A DNA stretch of 64,000 nt from Selaginella moellendorffii (lineage: Eukaryota > Plantae > Lycopodiophyta), in contig NW_003314307.1 of assembly GCF_000143415.4 (NCBI RefSeq), positions 444,859 through 508,858 of the forward strand, given 5' to 3'. Position numbers and translations under genes: made by a program. The notes below the pieces were generated by a model. It worked only from the letters and a program-made list of their open reading frames with translations, did not search any database and was not told where the DNA came from. Position 1 is the stretch's first letter. The number at the start of each line of letters is the position of its first letter. Shown here one piece after another: positions 1 through 9,345 of this stretch.

Positions 1-463
1 TCGCCACCTTTGGGCCTCAAATTTCACTGAGTGAGAGTTTTTTTCTGTGCATTGCGTGAATATGGTGTGCCAGCTCAAATGGTGTTCAACATGCCATCGA
101 AAAATAGAGCCAAGTTCTTGCATGTTTTCAATTTATACTTTCTGTTTTACTTTGGATTACTGTGCAGGTTCAGCTGAATTGTTGTCGCAACAACTATCAC
201 CCGTGCCCCAATCGGTCCTTCGCCCAATAGCAGCCCAATCACCCACTGGGTTGTCACTCACTTTCCCCCAAACTGGGTCTCTCTCTTTGGCCAGTGTATG
301 GCCTTCTCTGGTCCCACTCGGGCTGCTGGGGGGCATTGGGTGGTAGAAACACAGTTGGGGCCCAGCAGATCAAAGAATCTCCCTCCAAACCCATCCAAGT
401 GGTGATCACATTGGTTCAGTGGATCAGTGGGTGTCAAACAGCTCAAGCCAGAGTGGTGAATGT

Positions 464-603
464 TGTGGTATTATGAAACGGTGTTGTGTTATTATTATGA
501 CGGTTGATACATGGTTAAATGTATGGGTTTATCGTGACGATCCGTGGCGGCGTCTGGATCGCTCACGTGGCTGTGTGCTGACGTGGTCTTGTTCACTCCC
601 ACA
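464..603 (-). repeat. 3' LTR of the copia element
   Basis: TGTGGTATT...CTCCCACA on the plus strand. On the minus strand it is preceded by the PPT TTGAGGAGGAG (604-614). Confidence 0.95.
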
Positions 604-2508
604 CTCCTCCTCAAGGCCAACGTCTAAAGTCAGCCCAAGAGCCTTCGTGAAGACTTCATGTTTAACACGAGGAAGTGGTTTTGTTAGCACGTCCGCTAGC
701 ATGGAGTTTGTCGGGCAGAACTCCAGCTCGATCATTCCTCTCTGGATCTGCTCTCGTATGAAATGGAAGCGCAGCTCAATATGTTTAGTACGAGAGTGGA
801 ACCTGGAGTTCTTGGTCAAAGCTATTGCAGACTGGTTGTCACACAATAGCCTAACCACGCCCGTGTTGATTTGTAGATCCTGGAGAAGTCCCTTCAGCCA
901 CGCTGCTTCCTTGGTTGCAGCTGCTGCAGCTATGTACTCAGCCTCAGTACTCGACATCGCTGTAATAGCCTGTCGTTTGCTGCACCAGCTTGCGACATTT
1001 CCATTTAGCAGGAAAACGTAGCCTGTGGTTGACTTCCTGTTGTCTGGATCCCCGGCCCAATCAGCATCAGAGTAACCAACCAGCTTATTGCCGCTCTCGC
1101 CTCTGGAGTACTTTAAAGTTAGCTGGTTAGTCCCTGCCACGTACCTCATAATACGTTTCAAAGCCTGCCAGTGTGCTGTGGAGGGACGGTCCAGGTACTT
1201 CGCCACTGTTCCCACAGCATACGCAAGGTCAGGCCGAGTGGAGATTACCAGGTAGATCAGGCTGCCGACCATAGAGCGATAGACTGCTCTAGATGCTTTC
1301 TCCTCCTCGGGAGATTGATCAAGGTACTCTCCACTCTCAGCAGATAATTTCGTGCCTGTTTCCATGGGAGTAGCAACCGGATTAACATGAGCAAGGCCAT
1401 ACCTCTGGAGCACGTCGGAAACATATTTTGCCTGGCTTAGCTCCAGAGTGCCTCGTTCCCTGTTGCGCGTCACCTGGATACCGAGGCAGAAATGCAACTC
1501 ACCGAGGTCTTTCATGGCAAATTTAGCGCCAAGGTACGTTTTAAATTTGTGGATCAAACGTAGCTGATTTGCCACGAGAATAGCATCGTCCACATATAGC
1601 GCAAGGAACAAATAGCCCTCAGCGTCAAAATATATGTAGAGGTTACAATCAGCAGCACTGCGCACGAAACCAAGGGAAATTAGAAAAGAATCTATTTTCG
1701 TGTACCATTGGCGTGGCGACTGCTTGAGTCCGTAGAGAGCTTTGTTAAGCTTGCAAACGAGGTGTTCTTCTCCAGGCTGGATAAAACCAGGAGGCTGAGC
1801 CACATACACCTCTTCATCGATGTCGCCAAGGAACGCAGTGCAAACGTCAAGTTGATGGAGCTCGAGATCCAATTCTGCAGCTAGGATTAGTAGCATACGA
1901 ATGGTTGTGAGTTTCACCACCGGGCTGTAAGTCTCCGAGTAGTCCAGCCCATGAACTTGAGAAAATCCGCGTGCCACAAATCTCGCCTTGTAGCGCTCAA
2001 TGCTTCCATCAGCGTTGTACTTTTTCTTAAACAACCACTTGGATGAGACGAGCTTTCTGCGAGCTGGAAGTTCAACCAGCGACCAAGTGTTGTTTTTCTG
2101 GAGAGAATCATACTCATCCTGCATAGCTGCCTGCCAGTGCTCAGCTTCTGGTCCGTGTAGAGCCGCCTGGGGACCGAGAGAGGCAGGTGGAGCCGACAGA
2201 GCCCAGAAGTAGGCACGCTTTCCTATAGGCATCGCCTCCTTGGCTTTAAGAGATGGTTTCACGACACGACCCGAGCGTGTCACCACTGCTGTGCCGGCTG
2301 GAGGAGGTGGTAGCTTGGGAATGCTGGGAGGAGTGGTGGCATCTTGATATAACTCGTCGCCAACGAACAGGTCAGCCACAAGCGTGGAAAGATCTGGCTG
2401 TTCATTGGTGCTTGAGGATGCAGCCGCTGTGGCCTGTGGAGTCGTCAGAGGAGGTGTCGAAGGAAGAGAAGTATGCCAGATCGCCTCCTTCGGGCGCTCC
2501 TTCAGCAA
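529..2508 (-). CDS. pol: Copia reverse transcriptase and RNase H (frame +1 relative to the upstream ORF)
   Basis: RYKARFVARGFSQ, LYGLKQSPRQW, LYVDD, GYSDADWAG, SSTEAEY, CDNQSAI, MLADVLTK. The stop codon lies inside the 3' LTR. Confidence 0.93.
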   Translation of the reverse strand: MLKERPKEAIWHTSLPSTPPLTTPQATAAASSSTNEQPDLSTLVADLFVGDELYQDATTPPSIPKLPPPPAGTAVVTRSGRVVKPSLKAKEAMPIGKRAYFWALSAPPASLGPQAALHGPEAEHWQAAMQDEYDSLQKNNTWSLVELPARRKLVSSKWLFKKKYNADGSIERYKARFVARGFSQVHGLDYSETYSPVVKLTTIRMLLILAAELDLELHQLDVCTAFLGDIDEEVYVAQPPGFIQPGEEHLVCKLNKALYGLKQSPRQWYTKIDSFLISLGFVRSAADCNLYIYFDAEGYLFLALYVDDAILVANQLRLIHKFKTYLGAKFAMKDLGELHFCLGIQVTRNRERGTLELSQAKYVSDVLQRYGLAHVNPVATPMETGTKLSAESGEYLDQSPEEEKASRAVYRSMVGSLIYLVISTRPDLAYAVGTVAKYLDRPSTAHWQALKRIMRYVAGTNQLTLKYSRGESGNKLVGYSDADWAGDPDNRKSTTGYVFLLNGNVASWCSKRQAITAMSSTEAEYIAAAAATKEAAWLKGLLQDLQINTGVVRLLCDNQSAIALTKNSRFHSRTKHIELRFHFIREQIQRGMIELEFCPTNSMLADVLTKPLPRVKHEVFTKALGLTLDVGLEEECGSEQDHVSTQPRERSRRRHGSSR

Positions 2509-4831
2509 CTCCTCCTGGCTCTGCAGCGGCTGGATTGTCTGGTGCTGGGTGGAGATGTGGAACGTCGTCCAAAATCTCAGAAAGATCCACCAGAGATGGT
2601 GGAGAAACAGGAGGGAGTCTCAGGGTATCTCGATAAAGATGAGCTTCATCAAACACCACATCTCGGCTCACCACCAGTTTCCTGCGCTGGCAGTTATAGA
2701 GTCGATAGGCTTTTACCTGGGTGTGATAGCCCATGAAGATGCATTTCTCGCTCTTGGGATCCAGCTTCCGCCGCTGAACATCGGGGATGTGGGCGTAGGC
2801 TATGCAACCAAACACCCTCAAGTGCCCTAATTTGGGACGCTTCCCAGTCCATACTTGAAACGGCACCTGTCCTGTGGAACGTGTTGGCAGCCGGTTCCGG
2901 AGGTACACTGCTGTGTTGAGTGCCTCTCCCCAAAACACCTTGGGCATGCCAGCGTGCTGGAGAAGGCAGCGTACACAGTCCATAAGTGTCCTGTTCAGGC
3001 GCTCGGCGACCCCATTCTGCTGCGAGGTGTGGGTGTACTCGTGGTGGATGCCAGCCTGAGCAAGAAATGCCAGAAACTCATTGCTCATATACTCACCGCC
3101 GCCATCTGAACGTAGTGTCCGGATGGTACAGCCAGTGGCATTTTCTGCCCAGCTTTTGTAGACCTGGAAGTGATGGTAGACCTCTCCCTTGTGTACCATG
3201 AGAACAGCCACCGCATAGCGTGAGTAGTCGTCAATGAACGAAACGAAGTACCGCTTGTGACTGAGAGTTGCTTCTGGGACATGGCACACATCCGTGTGTA
3301 CCAGCTGAAGAAATCCTGAGGCGCCATCTTCTGGACTTCTGCGTGGAAAGGGTAGTCTTGGCTGCCTCCCCAGTTGGCACGTCTCACATACTCCCAGTTG
3401 GCCGGCACCGGTGAGGGTAAAGTCATCAGCAAGCTTGTGGCTAGCAAGTAGCTGGATGTCGTGAGAATTGGCATGCCCTAGCCGAGCGTGCCAGAGTTGG
3501 AGAGAATTGGCAGCCCAGGAGCTGGGGCGAATTGCAAGCAAATGCCCCTGCTCGTGAGTTGAGAGGATCAACTGAGCATTGAGCTTGTAGAGAGTCTCAG
3601 CTCGTCTACCAAAAGCTACTGGATGGCCAGTCTCGTCAAAGATGGTGCATCCGTCTGCGTTGAAGAGTGTTGAGAAGCCTTGATCTGCTGCTACACCAAC
3701 TGAGAACACTGTCTGTCCTGCTTCTGGTACGTAGTAGACCTGGTTCACGAGCTTCTCAGCTCCACTCTCCAACTTTATGATGACCGTTCCTTGTCCTTCC
3801 ACTGTTAAGGGGCGTTTGTCTCCTACAAAGACTTGCTTCTCCTGCTCCAGTGGGCGGTACTTGTGAAAAGCTCTCTTCAATGGTGTGAGGTGCATCGAGG
3901 CTCCAGAATCCATCCAGAGCACTTCGGCTTCGGACACAGTGGATGAAGATGCAGCGAGCGTCATCATCAACATCGTGTCAGGTTGGCGTGAAGAAGAGCT
4001 TCTTTCAGCGCGAGCTTTCTCTGCGGCTTTCTTGATCCGGCATTCACGCTCCACGTGGCCAGCTTTGCCGCAGTAGTTACATGGGCCCTTGCGTTTTTTA
4101 TTGGTTGCAAATCCAGGGCTGGGAGAAGGGCTCTTTTGTCCTCGAACAGGGCCATCTCGTTTCTTCCCACCCGATTGCTTTCCCATGATCAAGGCCTGCT
4201 CCACCCGAGCAGCCTGAGAGGGCGCCTTTTGTCTCCGCTCGTTCTGCTTTCGTTCTTCCTCGATCAGGTCCGAGTAGAGCGAATCCAAGTCCTTTCCAGG
4301 CACAGCCGAGAGCATTGATGCGAAAGGTTGGAGATCAGGGGAGACAGAGCTCAGAAGGAATGCCTTAGCTTGATCAATGGTGATTGCCGCTTCCGCGTCC
4401 TTCAGCTCGGTGATCATCGCTTTAAACTTTCCAATGTAAGTGGCCATGGTGTCATCAGGTTGCATTCTCATCGTGAAGAACCTTTGTGTTAGCACCACCT
4501 TAGCATTGGCAGCTTTGGCAGCGAAGATTTGTGTAAGGGATGTCCAGTTCTGGTGGGCTGTTTTGGTAAGATCAAGGAGATGAACGAATTCATCCCCAAG
4601 ACCTAACCCGATGACAGAGAGCGCTTTTCGATTCTTGGAGTCCCAGTCGAGCCGTTGGGTTACATCCGCAGCAGCCGGACGTTGAGTCGTTCCATCCACT
4701 ATAGGCCAGCAGTCCTTGGCCAAAAGGATAAGCTGTACTTTTGTTTTCCAAGTCGAGAAATTCTGTCCCGTGAACTTTTGGAGAAGTTTCTCCCAGCCCC
4801 CAGAGTCCCAAGAATTTCCAGCAGAAGACAT
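2402..4831 (-). CDS. gag-pol: Copia polyprotein, N-terminal part: Gag, zinc knuckle, aspartic protease, integrase
   Basis: CNYCGKAGHVEREC knuckle; WMDSGASMH protease; LWHARLGH; integrase motifs VHTDVC, SDGGGEY, QQNGVAER; HLRVFGC...KLDPKS. Confidence 0.93.
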   Translation of the reverse strand: MSSAGNSWDSGGWEKLLQKFTGQNFSTWKTKVQLILLAKDCWPIVDGTTQRPAAADVTQRLDWDSKNRKALSVIGLGLGDEFVHLLDLTKTAHQNWTSLTQIFAAKAANAKVVLTQRFFTMRMQPDDTMATYIGKFKAMITELKDAEAAITIDQAKAFLLSSVSPDLQPFASMLSAVPGKDLDSLYSDLIEEERKQNERRQKAPSQAARVEQALIMGKQSGGKKRDGPVRGQKSPSPSPGFATNKKRKGPCNYCGKAGHVERECRIKKAAEKARAERSSSSRQPDTMLMMTLAASSSTVSEAEVLWMDSGASMHLTPLKRAFHKYRPLEQEKQVFVGDKRPLTVEGQGTVIIKLESGAEKLVNQVYYVPEAGQTVFSVGVAADQGFSTLFNADGCTIFDETGHPVAFGRRAETLYKLNAQLILSTHEQGHLLAIRPSSWAANSLQLWHARLGHANSHDIQLLASHKLADDFTLTGAGQLGVCETCQLGRQPRLPFPRRSPEDGASGFLQLVHTDVCHVPEATLSHKRYFVSFIDDYSRYAVAVLMVHKGEVYHHFQVYKSWAENATGCTIRTLRSDGGGEYMSNEFLAFLAQAGIHHEYTHTSQQNGVAERLNRTLMDCVRCLLQHAGMPKVFWGEALNTAVYLRNRLPTRSTGQVPFQVWTGKRPKLGHLRVFGCIAYAHIPDVQRRKLDPKSEKCIFMGYHTQVKAYRLYNCQRRKLVVSRDVVFDEAHLYRDTLRLPPVSPPSLVDLSEILDDVPHLHPAPDNPAAAEPGGVAEGAPEGGDLAYFSSFDTSSDDSTGHSGCILKHQ

Positions 4832-4868
4832 TCTATCTATTAATCTAAGAATAGATTAAACAGAGAAT

Positions 4869-5075
4869 TTAGAAAGGACGGCGTGGAGAAGAATCGTGAA
4901 AAACTCGGCCGCAACAAGGGCACACCTTCCGGCAGGCTGGGCAAAGAGCTTGTTGGCGCTTTCGCTCCTGGATCTTCCGCTCCACCCGCGCCAGCACTGC
5001 CAAAGCCCTCGCGCGCTCCTGAGCCAAGGGTTCCTGGCCCCTTTGATTCTTCATGTGCCACTGTCCTCTGGCCAT
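4869..5075 (-). CDS. Putative accessory 68-aa upstream ORF of the copia element (basic helix plus CxxC-x3-CxxC)
   Basis: Genuine ATG 14 nt after the PBS; fills most of the PBS-to-gag leader; contains LCPACRKVCPCCGRVF. Confidence 0.5.
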   Translation of the reverse strand: MARGQWHMKNQRGQEPLAQERARALAVLARVERKIQERKRQQALCPACRKVCPCCGRVFHDSSPRRPF

Positions 5076-5088
5076 TAGATCGTTCGCT

Positions 5089-5100
5089 GCTCCGATACCA
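5089..5100 (-). promoter_or_regulatory. Primer-binding site (initiator tRNA-Met type)
   Basis: Minus strand TGGTATCGGAGC directly after the 5' LTR; the canonical plant iMet PBS is TGGTATCAGAGC. Confidence 0.9.
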
Positions 5101-5240
5101 TGTGGTATTATGAAACGGTGTTGTGTTATTATTATGACGGTTGATACATGGTTAAATGTATGGGTTTATCGTGACGATCCGTGGTGGCGTCTGGATCGCT
5201 CACGTGGCTGTGTGCTGACGTGGTCTTGTTCACTCCCACA
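5101..5240 (-). repeat. 5' LTR of the copia element
   Basis: Identical to 464-603 except one C/T change (GTGGCGG vs GTGGTGG). Confidence 0.95.
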
Positions 5241-7384
5241 AATGTGTCTCGACCCGTGGTGCTGCCAAGGTTGACTAGGGCAGAGTGCACCGATTGTGGC
5301 AAGGCCACACTTGATGGGTGTCCATCTAGGGCAGGTACAGTGCAGTGGGTCGAGTGCACCCACAGCACATACCCAGAAGAAAAAGAAGAAGAAGAAGAAG
5401 AAGGCATGCCGCCCCTTTAGGTGACAGCTATTAGTCGTGTGCCCCTTCTTGGGTGGGGTGGGGGACCATAGAATCAGTGTGCATGCACTCCGTCCGGTGG
5501 AGTCCCTCTCATTGCTGCTTTGGTGGATACCCAACTTCATGGTGCATAGAAAAATAGGCTTGAACAAAAGTCAATGGTTAAAGACTTTCATGCTTATGCA
5601 TGAAACCATGTTATGTTAAATCGAGTGACTTGATAAGTGAGATTGACAAATTGGGGGGAATTAAAACCTTAGTTGAAGGTGTTGACTTTAAAAAGGGGTA
5701 ACTTATGGGGCTAAGTATTGAGGAAGCCATGCATGATCACAGATTTGTCAAGTGAAAGGACTTAGTAGTTTGAAGGAATTAGATTCCTAAACTGTGATCT
5801 GTAACACGCTTTAAGTATAAGTTAGTGCACTAACATAGGGAGTCACACCAAGCATCATGGGTAATGTCGCTTGTAGATGCATATATGGAGGTTGGGTTTG
5901 AGTCTCAACTCTCTAGTGTTTAGGTTCGAGTCTCAACTCATTAGAATGTGGTGATGAATTAGATTATGAGGACACTTATTTTTCGATGGTCATGGACTCT
6001 CAGTGAGGAGACTAATTTGGGTACACCATCAAGTAAGGGATGCCCTAGAGTTGTGAGACATAATTAAATTATTTAGTGTGAAAACTCGGCATATCTAACT
6101 TAAACACTTTGGTGCAAGTGATACTAAGGACATTGTGAATGAGATGGGGATACCTAGTCTTAGTTGCTATGAACCCTTGGCCGAAAGGGCCAACTTAGGC
6201 ACATCACTAAGTGTGGGGGATGTGGTCAACAAGTTAAAGGTCTAAAAGATTTAGTACTTATTGGCAAACCTGTTAAAGTGTCAAAGTTAGATCACTAGAT
6301 AATCTTGTGGCTAAGCAAGGACAAGGTTTTTATAATAAAATTTCTTAGTTCAAAGTGTTAATTTGAACTGTTGGTAATGATGTGGCTTGATTAAAGTGAC
6401 CAAGTGGGAAAGACATTTAAGGGAAATGAACTGCAACAATGCAATGGTATTGTGAGTTTAGGAAAAAGACTCATGGATGGGTTGCTAAGTTAAGCCGTGC
6501 ATAGATCCCATAGCAAAAAATGTTAAAGAGACTTGTTAAGGGTGAACACTTTCTAGACTTGGCAAAATAAAACTTTTGCCATTGAACAAAAAGGATATCT
6601 CGAGGATAGAGATAGTAATCTTATATTACTTGGTTCAACAATCAACGGGTAGGAGCAAAAGACTAATGGCTAAGTTTAGGCCATGGAAATCATTAAAAGA
6701 AATTTAAACAACAAAGTTGAACAAGGAACATTTATGTGTTGGATGCTAACACATTGTGGGAAAGAGAATATGTTTTCAAGGATGAATTCCCAAATGGTCC
6801 AATTTGGCAAATGTGAAAGTTCCAAAAGAAAGAACGGCAAGGTAGCCAAATGATAGGGTTATAGATAGCCTTAGCACAAATTATGGAAAAATGAAACTTA
6901 GTGCCTAAAGTGGCACGAAATAAGAGAAAAGATGATGGTACCCTCAAATAAAGAACTTCTTAGGATGGGAAAATGGAATTTGCACAACAGATGCAATGCA
7001 AGATGTTAGAGATATCTAGGAAATTGACTTTGAGAAGTCAAAATTGGTTATATTAGTAGAGGCCAAGACTACTCCTGAATGAGTAGTCAAATTGAAATAA
7101 AAGATGTCTCTAACTAAATAAAAAAAAAGGGAAGAACCACCATAAGTGGCCTAATGAGTCTCTAAGTTGGAGAGATTATACTTTTTAGAGGATAGTAAAG
7201 GGATGGTAAGCCCTCAATGTCAAACTATCGACAAACATTGGCTTGGTGTTAAGGATGGAAAAGGTAATATATGCTAGTGTTACTTTATAAAATGGTTTAT
7301 CATTCGATGAAGATATCAAATTTTGTTTATGGGTGGTGGAGTTGTGAAACACAAATCCTAGAGCCCCAAAAGTGGAGTCTAAAA

Positions 7385-8350
7385 TGAAGTCCAAGATGGA
7401 TCCGAGGTGGAGTCTAAGATGGAGTCCGAGATGGAGTCTGAGATGGACTTGAGACCAAGACCAAGTCTGAGTCCAAGACCAAGACCAAGACCAAGACTGA
7501 GACCAAGACCGAGATTGAGACTGAGTCCAAGACCAAGACCAAGACCGAAACCGAGTCTAAGTCCAAGACCAAGACCAAGACTAAGACCGAGATCGAGACC
7601 AAGACTAAAACCAAGATCGAGACCAAGACCAAAACCAAAACCAAGACTAAGTTCAAGTCCAAGTTTGAGTTTGAGTTCGAGTCCGAATACTAATACAAGT
7701 GTGAGACACAAAATCCCTAGGCCCCAAAGTGGAACCGGAAGGGTGCCATGTGGTAGTGGCCGAAGCAGAAGCCAAATGAGTGCAACACGTTTGGACTGAA
7801 AGCTCCGACTTGAAAGGTCGAGAGCGAGAGTGGGACTTCTAGCAAAGGGCTCGAGGAACGAGTACGAAGCGAGCAATAAGAAAGGCTCCAAAAAGGGACC
7901 CAAAAGGACCAACACATGACACGTGGAGGAGTCCAAGATGGAGTCCGAGGTGGACTAAGTTGGAGTCCGAGATGGAGTCCGAGACGGATCCGAAATGGAG
8001 TCCGAGATGGACCCGAGTTGGAGTCCGAGATGGAGTCCAAGATGGACCGAGATGGAGCCCAAGATGGAGTCCGAGATGGAGTCTGAGATGGACCCGAGAT
8101 GGAGTCTGAGATGGACCCAAGATGGAGTCTGAGATGGACCAAGACGGAGTCCGAGATGGAGTCCGAGATGGACCCGAGATAGAATCCGAGATGGAGACCG
8201 AGGTCGAGACCGAGACCGGGACCGAGACCAGGACCGAGACCAAGACCGAGACCGAGACCGAGACCGAGATCGAGGCCGAGGCCGAGACCGAGCCCGAGCC
8301 CGAGTCCGAGTCCGAGTCCGAGTCCGAGTCTGAGTCCGAGTTCGAGTCTG
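7385..8350 (+). repeat. Hexamer/dodecamer tandem arrays (GAGATGGAGTCC, GAGACC/AAGACC, GAGTCC) inside the LTR family
   Basis: Two arrays (7385-7690 and 7925-8350). Equivalent arrays occur at 11585-11730 (-), 53890-54490 (+) and 55535-55825 (-). Confidence 0.9.
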
Positions 8351-9345
8351 AGAGGGTGAAAGCCCAAAGCATTCGTCTCCCAGACCCTGGGGGGTTTGGT
8401 GAGCTCCAAAAGTATAGTAAGGGGGAGGACTGCAGTGGAGCCAATTTGGCCAAAAAAGGCCAGTTTGGCTCAGAAAGGCTGTACCCAAGTGTTGGGTGAT
8501 GAGCTGACCATTGGGAAGTCCAAGACTAGAGTGAATACAGACCGACAAGCAGGGTAGCTTGGTGAAGTATTCAAGAGCCAGCTCTAGTTCCCCCGGGAGA
8601 TCGACTGGCCGATGCTCCCAGTCCAAGTGTGGGTGGCACTACCTACTTGGGTACCAAGTGTGGCTCAACAAAACCTCGCTCTAAGCCCATGGCTAGAGCA
8701 CCCAAAGGCGGAAGGCAGGGAGAGTACCCACGAGGCTTGTGTAAGGCTACAGTGTTCCGAAACGTTGTCCCAAAAGCCCAGACTGTGGAAAGGAAGAGGA
8801 ATAATCCTCTGGTGTAATGACCAAGGATACAGTTGTGTGGTGAGGAAGTCCCAAAGTGGATTTAGTGGTCGGGCCTGTAGGCCTTGATTCAGTGGCAGTG
8901 TTGGCGAACACGGCCATAGGCAGAAAGGGACTTGGTGGGGACCGGAAAGGGGATATTGGGGAAGGCTATTCCCCATGTCTGTGGGCATCCTAAGGATGCT
9001 AAGGAGTGGATCTAGGATGATCACTCGTGGACGGATGGCCCAGTCTTTGAGAGACGGGATTGTGGTGTAAGTGGTGTCAGACCACCGATGTGACCAAGGT
9101 GAATGGGCATGGCCTTAACGTAACGGGCTGATGTGTCGGTGGTACATTGGGGTGTCGGTCATGGGACTGGACACGTGGAGCACTTGGACCAAGTGCAAAG
9201 GTTGAGTGGCATGGATGCCATTCTCGGGGCTAACAAGCCCCAAGTCCTTAGAGGGACTTATGGAGGTTGTGAATGAGACTCCTCCAAGTGGTCGGAGGTG
9301 CAGTTAAGTGACTAAAGTAGAATGGAAAAAATTTAGTTGCTTACA
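7700..9345 (+). mobile_element. Solo LTR (about 1.65 kb) nested in an older LTR of the same family
   Basis: TGTGAGACACAAAATCCC...GCTTACA with flanks ACAAG/ACAAA (degenerate TSD). 8350-9345 is colinear with 9356-10335. Confidence 0.8.

Larger units (their letters stand above)
464..5240 (-). mobile_element. Full-length Ty1/copia LTR retrotransposon, very recent insertion
   Basis: Direct 140-bp TG...CA LTRs at 464-603 and 5101-5240 with one mismatch. Perfect TSD AATGT at 459-463 and 5241-5245. PBS and PPT present. Domain order gag-PR-IN-RT-RH is the copia order. Confidence 0.97.

Noticed and set aside
419-4318. Plus-strand ORFs antisense to the copia pol (e.g. 419-1021, 2384-2830)
   Set aside because: Shadow ORFs of the coding strand with no recognisable motifs.
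7385-8350. CRISPR-like array
   Set aside because: No unique spacers or cas genes; a simple tandem repeat in eukaryotic DNA.
8346-8372. Possible hammerhead ribozyme (CTGAGAGGGTGAAAGCCCAAAG), suggesting a retrozyme
   Set aside because: It lacks a proper CUGANGA and the GAAA after stem II, and other copies do not keep the CTGA.
7379-8626. Long ORFs rich in RP, ES, GL or SD dipeptides (also at 11548-11844 and 53847-55650)
   Set aside because: They are translations of stop-poor hexamer arrays within LTRs, open in several frames on both strands, so not credible proteins.
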